The notes under the pieces: generated by a model | What the model was told of the DNA's origin: nothing | The model's database searches: none | What the model saw: the letters and a program-made list of their open reading frames with translations, nothing else | Program-made: the position numbers and the translations under genes | Source of the DNA: a virus | Lineage: Duplodnaviria; Heunggongvirae; Uroviricota; Caudoviricetes | Virus record (IMG/VR): IMGVR_UViG_3300006201_000009 | DNA length: 64,000 nt | Reading direction: 5' to 3' (one strand) | Part shown: positions 1 to 8,525 of the stretch, in pieces | Layout of the letters: every line of letters begins with the position of its first letter | Position numbering within the stretch: the stretch's first letter is position 1

Positions 1-53
1 TATTCTTACGTTTGTGTACATCGCATGACGATGGTAGTTTTGAAATACTTTCA

Positions 54-1883
54 TTAGCCTTCTCCAGAAATGTGTCCATAAATCTCTTCTTCATCTTGCT
101 GATAAAGTTGAGGCGGTGGGAAGGGGAGTGCGCCAGCGTACTCTTCGTCATCCCAACCATATCGTTTATCGAGAGACTCTTCGTCAACAAAGAAGCGTCT
201 TGATGGTTTGTCATAATACAAACCGGCGGAACTGCCCTCGAAGCCAAGTAATCTATCTTTTAAGATGTCACATAAGACATCGAACTTAATTGGCTCTTTG
301 TACCAGCCGCCGCGCTTATTTGGAACGCCGCGCCTATCTTCTTGCGTAACTCTATACAAACTTAAAATTCTGTGGGCTAAATCGATAATTGCCGATATAC
401 CCTGAATGTCCATTTTGTTGAGCCTACGCATTTGCTCGATTTTGTGTGGATGCACAACCAAGAGAACCGCGACATTATATTTCTTTGCAAAATCTATGAG
501 CCGTGTAACAAATTCTTCTTGCTTTTGATACTTGTTCTGCTCGTTTGCTTCGAGGTTTACTGACGTCAAGTTGTCTATGATATGTAGCTTGCATCCATAT
601 TTTCTTGTGGAGTCTTCCATAGATTTTAGAATGGAGTCTACTTTGTGATCATAGCCGTCCTTGTAAATAAAGAGTTTGCCGCGATAATGTTCGTTCATTT
701 TCTTTTGTGCATCTGGTGTTACTTTCCAGTAAGTTGCTCCGTTGAAACTATATTCTCGAACGTTACGTTGACCGGCGAGAATGTAGTTAATCCAGTTTTT
801 ACTTTGGAAGTTTGGCAACTCACCAGAATAGAGAAACGCATTCTTATCTTCGTCTATCGCATTGCACACAAGTTGCGACAGGAACGAAGATTTGCCAGAA
901 CCGTTAACGCCCGTTACGATAGTGAATGTTCCGTAGAACAACTTCATTAAACGCTTATCGAGTTCTGGTATGCCTGTTTTTATTCCGTCAATTTGGTCGA
1001 GGTCTATGTTCGTAATGTCGGCAAAATCTGCGACGCTATCAACAGGAGAGTCTTTCGCGTTATGTATGAGTTCGAGAACCGCGTCTTTACCCTCATAGTA
1101 AAGAACATGATTGATATCTTTCATTGGGAACTTCTTATCTTGTTCCGCATCATAATGAAACGGAGGTATATCAATAAACTTTGTTCTCCAAGAACCGAGA
1201 CGGAAGACGCATTCTTTTTGCATTTTAATACCAGCTTCGTCGTTATCCGAACATATGATGATGTTATCGAATTGCTCGAGCCAGTCAAAGTTTTCCTCAA
1301 TCCAGCCATAATTGTTCGCGCCAAGTGGGACGGATACTGCATTTGTGAAGCCTGCTTCGATAGCAGCCATGCAATCAATTTCGCCCTCGCAAATCAATAG
1401 GGGAGAGGTTGTGTTTACTCTATTCATATTAAACAATAGTGGAGTGACGTCGGCGTCTTTCTGACACCAAGCCTTTATATCGCCACGTGTCTTATCGATT
1501 TTATGCGAAGGTCTGTACTTGACTGTACAGAGCACATCGTTTGTATCGTAATAATTAAAGACAATATTTCCGTGTGCGTCTTCTCTTACGTCAACCGCAT
1601 CTACCGTTTCTTTTGATATGTGCCGTTGAGCCAAATATGTATAGACGTGTTCTTTGTCGTTCAACGGTTCTTCTTTCGGGTATCTGTACTGATACTTTGT
1701 TCTTACGCCCTTTTCTCCAAAAGAGATAGGGATTTTGGCTTCCTCAAAAAGTTTTTGCAGTGCTTCGAGATATGTCATTCCCGTGTGTGTGTACGCATCG
1801 ATGATGTCTGTATTCCTCCCACAACCGAAACAGTGAAAACTGAACGTCTTTGGGTTATATATGAAACTCGGTGAGTCTTCCAA
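54..1883 (-). CDS. Bifunctional DNA primase-helicase (zinc-binding DnaG-like primase/Toprim at the N-terminus, DnaB/gp4-like P-loop helicase at the C-terminus)
   Basis: CHC-type zinc finger FHCFGCGRNTD; Toprim-like acidic residues; Walker A GTFTIVTGVNGSGKSSFLSQL; Walker B-like HIIDNL; 609 aa. Confidence 0.7.
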   Translation of the reverse strand: MEDSPSFIYNPKTFSFHCFGCGRNTDIIDAYTHTGMTYLEALQKLFEEAKIPISFGEKGVRTKYQYRYPKEEPLNDKEHVYTYLAQRHISKETVDAVDVREDAHGNIVFNYYDTNDVLCTVKYRPSHKIDKTRGDIKAWCQKDADVTPLLFNMNRVNTTSPLLICEGEIDCMAAIEAGFTNAVSVPLGANNYGWIEENFDWLEQFDNIIICSDNDEAGIKMQKECVFRLGSWRTKFIDIPPFHYDAEQDKKFPMKDINHVLYYEGKDAVLELIHNAKDSPVDSVADFADITNIDLDQIDGIKTGIPELDKRLMKLFYGTFTIVTGVNGSGKSSFLSQLVCNAIDEDKNAFLYSGELPNFQSKNWINYILAGQRNVREYSFNGATYWKVTPDAQKKMNEHYRGKLFIYKDGYDHKVDSILKSMEDSTRKYGCKLHIIDNLTSVNLEANEQNKYQKQEEFVTRLIDFAKKYNVAVLLVVHPHKIEQMRRLNKMDIQGISAIIDLAHRILSLYRVTQEDRRGVPNKRGGWYKEPIKFDVLCDILKDRLLGFEGSSAGLYYDKPSRRFFVDEESLDKRYGWDDEEYAGALPFPPPQLYQQDEEEIYGHISGEG

Positions 1884-2033
1884 ATGCCACGGGCATAGTG
1901 CTTTTTTATTTACAGCATCGTACTTTTCGAGGTTTAATAGGTTCGCAATTATTTCGGCGTTTCGTTCGCCGAGTTTTGTCTTTGCTTTTATGATTTGTTC
2001 TTTCTCGACAAGAATAAGCCTATACCTCCAATG

Positions 2034-2789
2034 TTATATTTTGCTCTCGCAATATTCGCGATGATTACACAAGTTCTCGCTAAAGAACTCGTCGCACGTC
2101 GGTGTGAAATCCCAACACTCACGGATTTCTTTCACCGTCTCTTTCGCCCAACTTAACGCTTCGTTTAAGTCGGCTTCGACGAACGGTATATCAATGGCTT
2201 TATTTTTCCTTATCAGCATAAAGCGAAGTGTATCTGGGTATCTACCATACTTTTGCTTCACATACAATGCGTAAAGATATAATTGCCTTGCGTATTCCGC
2301 TTGCTCGCGTTTATTTTTGAAAGAACTCTTGGATTTATAGTCTTGTATTATAAGTTTTCCATCTTTGTCTTCAAAAACTAAGTCGATTATTCCATTAAAA
2401 ATCCAATCATCAATTTCTAAATCGAATTGAGATTCGACTTCTAAAATTTTTCTGTCGTCATATCCTGCAAAATTCTTAAGATATTCAAGTCCTTGGTCGT
2501 AGTACAGCTTACGCATATCTTTGCAATATTTGGTGGAGGGGAACTTTTCGGGCACCGCCGCGTCAAATTCCCACTCATATATTCCAACCAAATCCCAAAG
2601 TGAAAGCTCACCTTTTGCGTACCTTTCCATAATGGAATGGACTTCAAGACCATAGGAACTGAAGCAATTTCCAATTCCTTTTTTGTGGTCTATGTATGTC
2701 AACTTGTAACCGTATTTACAAGTATGAAATGCCGACAACTTTGAAAAGCTATACCGTTCTTTTCTTGGCTCGCCGCTTACCAAGGGCAA
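2034..2789 (-). CDS. PD-(D/E)XK nuclease, Cas4/RecB-like exonuclease with Cys cluster
   Basis: IIDLVFEDKDGKLIIQDYKSK (D..E.K motif); C-terminal Cys cluster TCDEFFSENLCNHREYC plus an N-terminal Cys. Confidence 0.55.
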   Translation of the reverse strand: MPLVSGEPRKERYSFSKLSAFHTCKYGYKLTYIDHKKGIGNCFSSYGLEVHSIMERYAKGELSLWDLVGIYEWEFDAAVPEKFPSTKYCKDMRKLYYDQGLEYLKNFAGYDDRKILEVESQFDLEIDDWIFNGIIDLVFEDKDGKLIIQDYKSKSSFKNKREQAEYARQLYLYALYVKQKYGRYPDTLRFMLIRKNKAIDIPFVEADLNEALSWAKETVKEIRECWDFTPTCDEFFSENLCNHREYCESKI

Positions 2790-3175
2790 GCGTCCTCAGC
2801 CGCCGCGGTACTTGGTTCGTCTTGCGGCTTATCGTTCTTTTTAGCTTCTTTTGCGGGAGTGTTGCCGCCGGCTCTTTCGCTGCCTTCGATTTCTGCTTCG
2901 AGAATGAGGAAGCGGAAGAAGGATTTTTTGCCGTTCTCTGTATCCTTGCGCTCGTTCGTAAATTTCGATTTTGTGATGATGATGCGGTCTTCGCGTTTTA
3001 ATCCTTTGAGAGTATTGACCGCTTTGCCGATAACGCGAGGGAACCACGACGAGTTGACGTAGTTGCCGTCGCTGTCTTTTTCCGATGTTGTGATTTGCAG
3101 ATCGACATATTTACCGTTTTCGGACGGCGTTACTTTCCATACCTTTGCGTAGATTTTATTTTCGTTAAAAATCAT
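2777..3175 (-). CDS. Single-stranded DNA-binding protein-like (OB fold) with acidic C-terminal tail
   Basis: Size 132 aa, basic core, acidic C-terminus DEPSTAAAED, position next to the recombinase; weak. Confidence 0.3.
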   Translation of the reverse strand: MIFNENKIYAKVWKVTPSENGKYVDLQITTSEKDSDGNYVNSSWFPRVIGKAVNTLKGLKREDRIIITKSKFTNERKDTENGKKSFFRFLILEAEIEGSERAGGNTPAKEAKKNDKPQDEPSTAAAEDACPW

Positions 3176-3954
3176 TTTGTTTCTCCTTTTGGTTTGCCTG
3201 ACTTTTTATCGTCTTTGGATGCTTCGAGTTTCTTAAACTCTTCCATAACCGCCGCGCATATTTCAAGCGTCTTAATGCTTGAAGGGTTCGAGTTGCCGTC
3301 GTTGAGTTTTCCTACAACAGCCATAACATCTTCGCGGACAAATCCTTTCTTTATGAGCTCCGAGCCTTTGCTGACAACTTCTTTAACAGCTTTTGCAAGT
3401 TCTTCAGCCGCAGCTTTTTGTCCCTTTTCCAAATCGTAATTTTCGGCTTCTTTCTGCTTGCTTCTGTACTCGTCGGGATCGTCTTCAGTTGTTGCGAGTT
3501 GCAATGCTTTCATCAGATAATATCTGTTGCCGTATGTTGCGCCCGCGCCGAATGCTTGTGCCGCGTCTTCCATTTGCCCGATGTAAGCCCATCTGCATTC
3601 AAATTTATCGTTTGGGTCGTCTGTGTTAACCCACGTATAAACGACTTCTGCTTTTACGATGACTTCGTTAACGGGAACTGTATAGTCGATGATGATGTCC
3701 TTGCCTTTGTCATCTTTTCCTTTTTTCGTTTTAGGTTTTTGGTATGTATAGGGTTCTACGGTCAAAGTTCCTGGCACGATGGAAGGGTAGAGCATAACTC
3801 CGTACTTCTGCATACAAGCCGTAACTTTTGCTTGAATTTCCTCTTCGGGTACATACCTGTAGTTAAAGCCCGCTTTTGTTTTTTGAAGCACACCGGCAGC
3901 ATCGGCAATCTTCAAAATCTTTTGATGAATGTTTAACTTTTCTGTATCTGGCAT
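3172..3954 (-). CDS. ERF-family single-strand annealing protein (recombinase)
   Basis: N-terminal KILKIADAAGVLQKTKAGFNYRYVPEEEIQAKV...GVMLY pattern typical of ERF; 260 aa; adjacent nuclease and SSB-like genes. Confidence 0.5.
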   Translation of the reverse strand: MPDTEKLNIHQKILKIADAAGVLQKTKAGFNYRYVPEEEIQAKVTACMQKYGVMLYPSIVPGTLTVEPYTYQKPKTKKGKDDKGKDIIIDYTVPVNEVIVKAEVVYTWVNTDDPNDKFECRWAYIGQMEDAAQAFGAGATYGNRYYLMKALQLATTEDDPDEYRSKQKEAENYDLEKGQKAAAEELAKAVKEVVSKGSELIKKGFVREDVMAVVGKLNDGNSNPSSIKTLEICAAVMEEFKKLEASKDDKKSGKPKGETK

Positions 3955-3969
3955 TTTTGCCTCCTTAAA

Positions 3970-4290
3970 TTATTTTTTCTTGGTTTGGCGTTGTGCATTG
4001 GCAAGCAACTTTTTAAGGTTTGCGTGAGTATAACCGCTCGCCTTGGCAAGACACATAAGTAGTCCTTTTTCTTCGTCGAACTTTTCATCGTGTGCCTTTG
4101 AAATGTACTTCTTGTTGCCGACAATTAAGATGGTGGTAGGGTCGTTAAAGATAACCCTCATGTTTCTTGTCTTGTCGGCAAGGTCAAGTCCTATTACGCC
4201 AATGGGTACAGTGTAGCTTGGGGTTTTGAGGATTTCGTTGACAACGCATCTATCAAGATGGCGTCTGAAATTTTCCAACATTTCGTCCAT
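3970..4290 (-). CDS. Hypothetical protein
   Basis: ORF with RBS; no recognised motif. Confidence 0.3.
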   Translation of the reverse strand: MDEMLENFRRHLDRCVVNEILKTPSYTVPIGVIGLDLADKTRNMRVIFNDPTTILIVGNKKYISKAHDEKFDEEKGLLMCLAKASGYTHANLKKLLANAQRQTKKK

Positions 4291-4301
4291 AATTTATCTC
4301 C

Positions 4302-4874
4302 TTATTTTTTTGTTTCTTCAAATAGGTTTGATGCTAACAAATCAGCGACGCTGATTAACGTTACGAGTTTCGAGTTATCTTGTGCCTTGCTCAAGCTGTA
4401 ATCGCCGCCCTTGGTGGCGGAATCGAAGCCGCCCATGTGCCAACGTATAGCGAGTAATTCTTCAAGTGAAAGCTTTATGTACCACTGCAAAATGATGCAG
4501 CTCTTTTCACCGTGACCAAGTGGAACTCTCTCGTCAACTTCGTAGACTTCCTTGACAACCCAGTTGCCGTTTTCGTCTTTGACATTTCGTGTTCCGCGCT
4601 TATAGTAATTAACCTTGCAAAGGTCATGGAAGAGAGCGGTGATTGCAATTGTTTCTTTTGAATAGCCGAGTTGGTAGATGTCGTTCAGCCTTGCCAATTC
4701 TCTATGAACGTTTAGCGAGTGCTCGCACAAACCGCCTTCATAGTTTCCGTGAAATCTTGTGCTTGCTGGAGCAGTGAAGAAGTCGCTGTCTTCAAGCCAC
4801 TTCAATAAATCGTTTATACCGTCTCGCTTGATATCTTCTTTACAGATAGCGAGGAATGTTTCTTTGTTTGTCAT
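4302..4874 (-). CDS. HD-domain phosphohydrolase
   Basis: H...H...HD pattern (HSLNVH...ALFHDLCK); preceded by GTGTCTAAATATG motif and AAGGA RBS. Confidence 0.55.
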   Translation of the reverse strand: MTNKETFLAICKEDIKRDGINDLLKWLEDSDFFTAPASTRFHGNYEGGLCEHSLNVHRELARLNDIYQLGYSKETIAITALFHDLCKVNYYKRGTRNVKDENGNWVVKEVYEVDERVPLGHGEKSCIILQWYIKLSLEELLAIRWHMGGFDSATKGGDYSLSKAQDNSKLVTLISVADLLASNLFEETKK

Positions 4875-4916
4875 ATTGTTTCCTTGTGTCTAAATATGTT
4901 TTATAATGATAAAAAA

Positions 4917-5150
4917 TTATGTGTCAGATTTACTACATTCGCTACAGATCATCTTTCCAAGTTCGGCGTCGCCAAGAGGAGCTCCGCAACAAACGCATAT
5001 TTCCGACATATTACGAAGCTCAAGTTTTTGCTGTTGCCGCAATTTATGGTTAAGCTGTCGTCTTGCTGTTCTTTTCAGCGATGGGGTAACGCTATCAAGG
5101 CGAGCGTCCCATCCGGCGTCTCTCGCAGTAATCTTCTTTGTGCTACGCAT
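4917..5150 (-). CDS. Small zinc-ribbon protein
   Basis: CVCCGAPLGDAELGKMICSECS; start ATGCGTAG overlaps stop of upstream gene (translational coupling). Confidence 0.4.
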   Translation of the reverse strand: MRSTKKITARDAGWDARLDSVTPSLKRTARRQLNHKLRQQQKLELRNMSEICVCCGAPLGDAELGKMICSECSKSDT

Positions 5151-6144
5151 TTGAAAGTTCCTCTCTGATTCGCATAAGAATTTTTCCGAGCTTGTTTTTG
5201 CCCTCACCGTTGCATACACCCCATTCTCTGTCGTTCCAATCGTTACCCTCGATGAGTTGTACGGAACCAGTGGAGAGTAGTTTTTCTTTTAGGTCAGGAT
5301 GTTGCATAAACTTAGCGCGGCAAACCTCGAGCATGATGTCTTCTTTGACTTGCTCCCAGTCGGAACGAAGTTGGACGTGTCGCCCAAGTTTCTTTGCCGC
5401 CGACGGGTCGAGGTCGCAAAACTCGCTTGCTCTTTCGGGACACTTCATTGCGTGGAACGCCGCTTCATTATTCTTAAATGTAAGACCGAAACAGGTAACG
5501 TCTCTTTCGTAGAAGTTGCTTAGGTAGTAATTGTTTCCTCTGAACTCTGTGATGTCATTCATAATTTGTTCTCCGTTTATCCTTAAAAGAATTTCTCGAA
5601 CAATCTCGTCATATCCTTTCACATCGCCTTCAATGGAGCGGTAGGGGATGTTTCTGTCTTTGAGGAGCGAGATAACCGATGCACCAAGTGCGTCTGACTC
5701 AGCTTCAGTCTGCTTACGCCCAACGGGATTGTACGGCTTAACTCTCAGCAAGAGGTAGTTAAGGTTGTCGTATGTGTTGAACACATCCATTACGGCTTTG
5801 TTAAAGTTTTCTGTAAGTCGTTCGTCGTTGTTGTACATTACACTTAAAGGAAGCGGGCTGTCGGTAACGATAACATCAACCTTACCGGCGCAGCGGCTTA
5901 TCCTATAAGATTGCTCTCCAAATATGTAGGCTTGGTTGCGGAACGCTTCATCGTTTCGTTCCCAAACTTTATCTTTTGCATATTCGGTTATAAGTTCTGC
6001 ATTGATGCCTGCCATTTTAATGCAGGAGAATATGTATGCGGCTCCCGTGCTTTTGCCTGCGCCAGGAACGCCAAATAGATTAACTACCAACGTATTAGCC
6101 ATTTCGTGTACTCCAAACTTTGATAGCTTCTTCGCGTGAGTCAT
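5143..6144 (-). CDS. P-loop NTPase/kinase fused to NADAR (YbiA-like ADP-ribose/N-glycosidase) domain
   Basis: Walker A FGVPGAGKST at N-terminus; C-terminal NADAR-like signature EGNDWNDREWGVCNGEGKNKLGKILMRIREEL. Confidence 0.55.
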   Translation of the reverse strand: MTHAKKLSKFGVHEMANTLVVNLFGVPGAGKSTGAAYIFSCIKMAGINAELITEYAKDKVWERNDEAFRNQAYIFGEQSYRISRCAGKVDVIVTDSPLPLSVMYNNDERLTENFNKAVMDVFNTYDNLNYLLLRVKPYNPVGRKQTEAESDALGASVISLLKDRNIPYRSIEGDVKGYDEIVREILLRINGEQIMNDITEFRGNNYYLSNFYERDVTCFGLTFKNNEAAFHAMKCPERASEFCDLDPSAAKKLGRHVQLRSDWEQVKEDIMLEVCRAKFMQHPDLKEKLLSTGSVQLIEGNDWNDREWGVCNGEGKNKLGKILMRIREELSNA

Positions 6145-6343
6145 AAATTAAACGACCTAATGGTTCATCTGGTTCTGTTGCGATAGGACAGTGAACACCG
6201 TCGGCTTCCTCGTGAACTAACATATAGCCTAAGCCGCTCCACGGATCGTCTTCGTATTCGTCTGGATGGATATTGCCTTCGTCATCACAGACTACAATTC
6301 TTACTTCTCTGCCGCAAAAGGGACAGGTTAACTTTTTGTCCAT
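6095..6343 (-). CDS. Lar-like restriction-alleviation family small protein (CPFCG zinc ribbon)
   Basis: LTCPFCGREV...HCP; 82 aa; resemblance to Lar family is from memory. Confidence 0.3.
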   Translation of the reverse strand: MDKKLTCPFCGREVRIVVCDDEGNIHPDEYEDDPWSGLGYMLVHEEADGVHCPIATEPDEPLGRLIYDSREEAIKVWSTRNG

Positions 6344-6385
6344 ATTTTCACCTCAATAAAATATCAGTTTTATTCAGACTTTTAA

Positions 6386-6472
6386 TTAAAATCTTGGCGG
6401 TCTGTTGTCGCCATCTATGTATAGCAGGGCAAGCAAAGCCCCGCACATAAGACCTAACATAAAGTAAAGCAT
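6386..6472 (-). CDS. Possible 28-aa hydrophobic peptide (MLYFMLGLMCGALLALLYIDGDNRPPRF)
   Basis: ATG preceded by GGAGA RBS and by the GTGTCTAAATATG motif (variant); below the ORF-track size cutoff. Confidence 0.25.
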   Translation of the reverse strand: MLYFMLGLMCGALLALLYIDGDNRPPRF

Positions 6473-6735
6473 AATTCTCTCCGTTGTGTCTAAATATGTC
6501 GTATAATATTTATATTTATTACCGCACAAATGGCGGCACTTATCCTATTATGTGTCTAAATATGTTTTATAATACCATATGTAAAGGAAATTGTCAAGAG
6601 ATTTTCGGCAATTTCCTAAAAAATTTTTTACATTTTCGCCACTTTCAATTACGTTTTCAAAAGCGATAGTTTTTACCTTGCCTTTAATGCTCATTTATTA
6701 TATAATGTATATACAAATTTCAAATGAGGTGCCCT

Positions 6736-6927
6736 ATGACAGAGTTAAAACTAAATGAATTCCTTGACCGTGCCGACGATTTTATAAATAATGCGTCAAT
6801 GGGGGAGGATTTCTATTCCGTTAAAACCAATTCAGGCAAGGCTATAATTATAAGCGAAGACGAGTGGAAGATAATGACCGATGCAATGAGAGTTGCAATG
6901 GGATGCAAGCCTCAAAATTGCGATTGA
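6736..6927 (+). CDS. Phd/YefM-like antitoxin-fold protein (orphan; possible small regulator)
   Basis: LKLNEFLDRADDFINNASMGEDFYSVKTNSGKAIIISEDEWKIMTD resembles YefM/Phd N-terminus; GAGGTG RBS; only plus-strand gene in a promoter-rich intergenic region; no toxin downstream. Confidence 0.4.
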   Translation: MTELKLNEFLDRADDFINNASMGEDFYSVKTNSGKAIIISEDEWKIMTDAMRVAMGCKPQNCD

Positions 6928-7650
6928 TTATTTGTAGAGCCAAGGATAGCGTTTTTTATTTTCCTCGTATTGCTTAATGCGCATATCGGATTGCTGCCAA
7001 GGTGACTCTTGCCTATTCCAACTATAATTTACCTTCTCTTCGTCTAACGCTCTTATAGTTAGCAAGTTGCATATACGCAAAATTAAACGAGCCGGTTCTG
7101 TTGCAAACAAATTAGATGCACGTCCATAATTATCATATTTATATACGATATCATCTATTGTTATTGAGGCGTTCGGTTCACCAAAGAATAGTTCGGGTCT
7201 ATCAATATACGGTGGCTGCCAAGGATAATACCATATTAAATCATGCAATCCCAATTGTTGTTGGGCTGGTTGCTGATTGCCTAAAATTTTTGCAAAGGCA
7301 CAATCATCTTCATAGTTTTCGGCAATTGATTTACAAGCTTCTTTATATAGGCGCGAATGTTTTTGTAGCGCAGATATCTTTTCGCTTTCCGATCTCGTAT
7401 CAGGGATATCGTATTTAACAAATAGAGACTCAATAGTTTCCATTATTGAGTTGCCGTCTACTGTCATCGATTGACTAATCTCTTCTAAGTCAGACATGAC
7501 TTTGGAAAAGTTATTACACCAAAGTTCATCCTGGCGCTTTACGTTCGTTATTGTTTTTTCTCTATATGTGCGCTTGTCTTCTTTTTTCTTTGCGGAGTCA
7601 AAGAACCACACAACCAAGAAGACTATGAGCACGACAAGTGCTAATGTCAT
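6928..7650 (-). CDS. Membrane-anchored hypothetical protein
   Basis: N-terminal TM helix MTLALVVLIVFLVVWFF. Confidence 0.35.
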   Translation of the reverse strand: MTLALVVLIVFLVVWFFDSAKKKEDKRTYREKTITNVKRQDELWCNNFSKVMSDLEEISQSMTVDGNSIMETIESLFVKYDIPDTRSESEKISALQKHSRLYKEACKSIAENYEDDCAFAKILGNQQPAQQQLGLHDLIWYYPWQPPYIDRPELFFGEPNASITIDDIVYKYDNYGRASNLFATEPARLILRICNLLTIRALDEEKVNYSWNRQESPWQQSDMRIKQYEENKKRYPWLYK

Positions 7651-7739
7651 ATTAAATTCTCCTTTTGCTGTGCGGAGACTGTGTCCACCGCCAACGCATT
7701 TCCATTATATCATAATGGAGATAAGTAGTCAAGAGCCTG

Positions 7740-8065
7740 TGAGAAGGGTAAAAGTTCTCTATGTCCACCATTTGTCCACGCCGCCTAAGTAACAGTAGGT
7801 GAGCGTGGATGTTTTTTAATGTTAATATATGATTTAGTGTCGCTAATTGCGGCACTTTTTTTCTGTTGTGAGTGTCTAAATATGTTGCGTAGTGAAACCT
7901 AATCTTTTTGTTGAGTAAAACAAATTTATTAGGAAACACTTTCACTTATTTTCGCTAAATTCACAAGATATAGTTAAAACGGCATAGATAAACACAATAT
8001 ATAGTGTGGCATTGTCCACGCTTTTTCTTTTTGTCCACGTATTGTCCACTGGTTGTAGAGCGGGT
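7740..8065. promoter_or_regulatory. Cluster of TTGTCCAC direct repeats plus one inverted copy (GGTGGACAAAAA); candidate integrase arm-type/attP or operator sites
   Basis: ttgtccacgcc (7771), attgtccacgc (8010), ttgtccacgt (8031), attgtccactgg (8040), gggtggacaaaaa (8062). Confidence 0.35.
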
Positions 8066-8074
8066 GGACAAAAA

Positions 8075-8515
8075 TCATTTGTAAAGCTGGTACTTTTTGC
8101 TGATGAGATGAGCAATATCATCAGGGAGTGGACGAAAACCTATACAAGTGAGTGTTCTGCCGATGCCATTCTCATCAATTTCTTCTGGTTCAAGCTCGGT
8201 AAGACAACTGTCTTTAATGAGAAAGAAATCTTTGCCCTCAATCAGACCAAGTTCGTTTGCCATAGTAACAGCTTTCATAAGTTGGTTGCGGTTCTTTGCC
8301 TCGCAAATTGTTTTCGTGAAAATACCGCAAATCCATTCCTTGTACACGTCGGTATCTATGTCCGCTTTGTACGTGATTCCGCCTGTTCCAACCCATTGGC
8401 AATTTCCGTTGCGCATTGGGCTTGTGATAAATGCCATAGAGGCGTGGCAGCATTGCGCTGCCAACTTACCCGCTGACATATTCAAATCCTTTCTTGCAAT
8501 TATTAACTGTCTCAT
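8075..8515 (-). CDS. PTH2-family peptidyl-tRNA hydrolase-like protein
   Basis: MRQLIIARKDLNMSAGKLAAQCCHASMAF matches the PTH2 N-terminal signature (K..vR.DL.M..GK.aAQ..HA). Confidence 0.5.
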   Translation of the reverse strand: MRQLIIARKDLNMSAGKLAAQCCHASMAFITSPMRNGNCQWVGTGGITYKADIDTDVYKEWICGIFTKTICEAKNRNQLMKAVTMANELGLIEGKDFFLIKDSCLTELEPEEIDENGIGRTLTCIGFRPLPDDIAHLISKKYQLYK

Positions 8516-8525
8516 CTTTGTTCCT

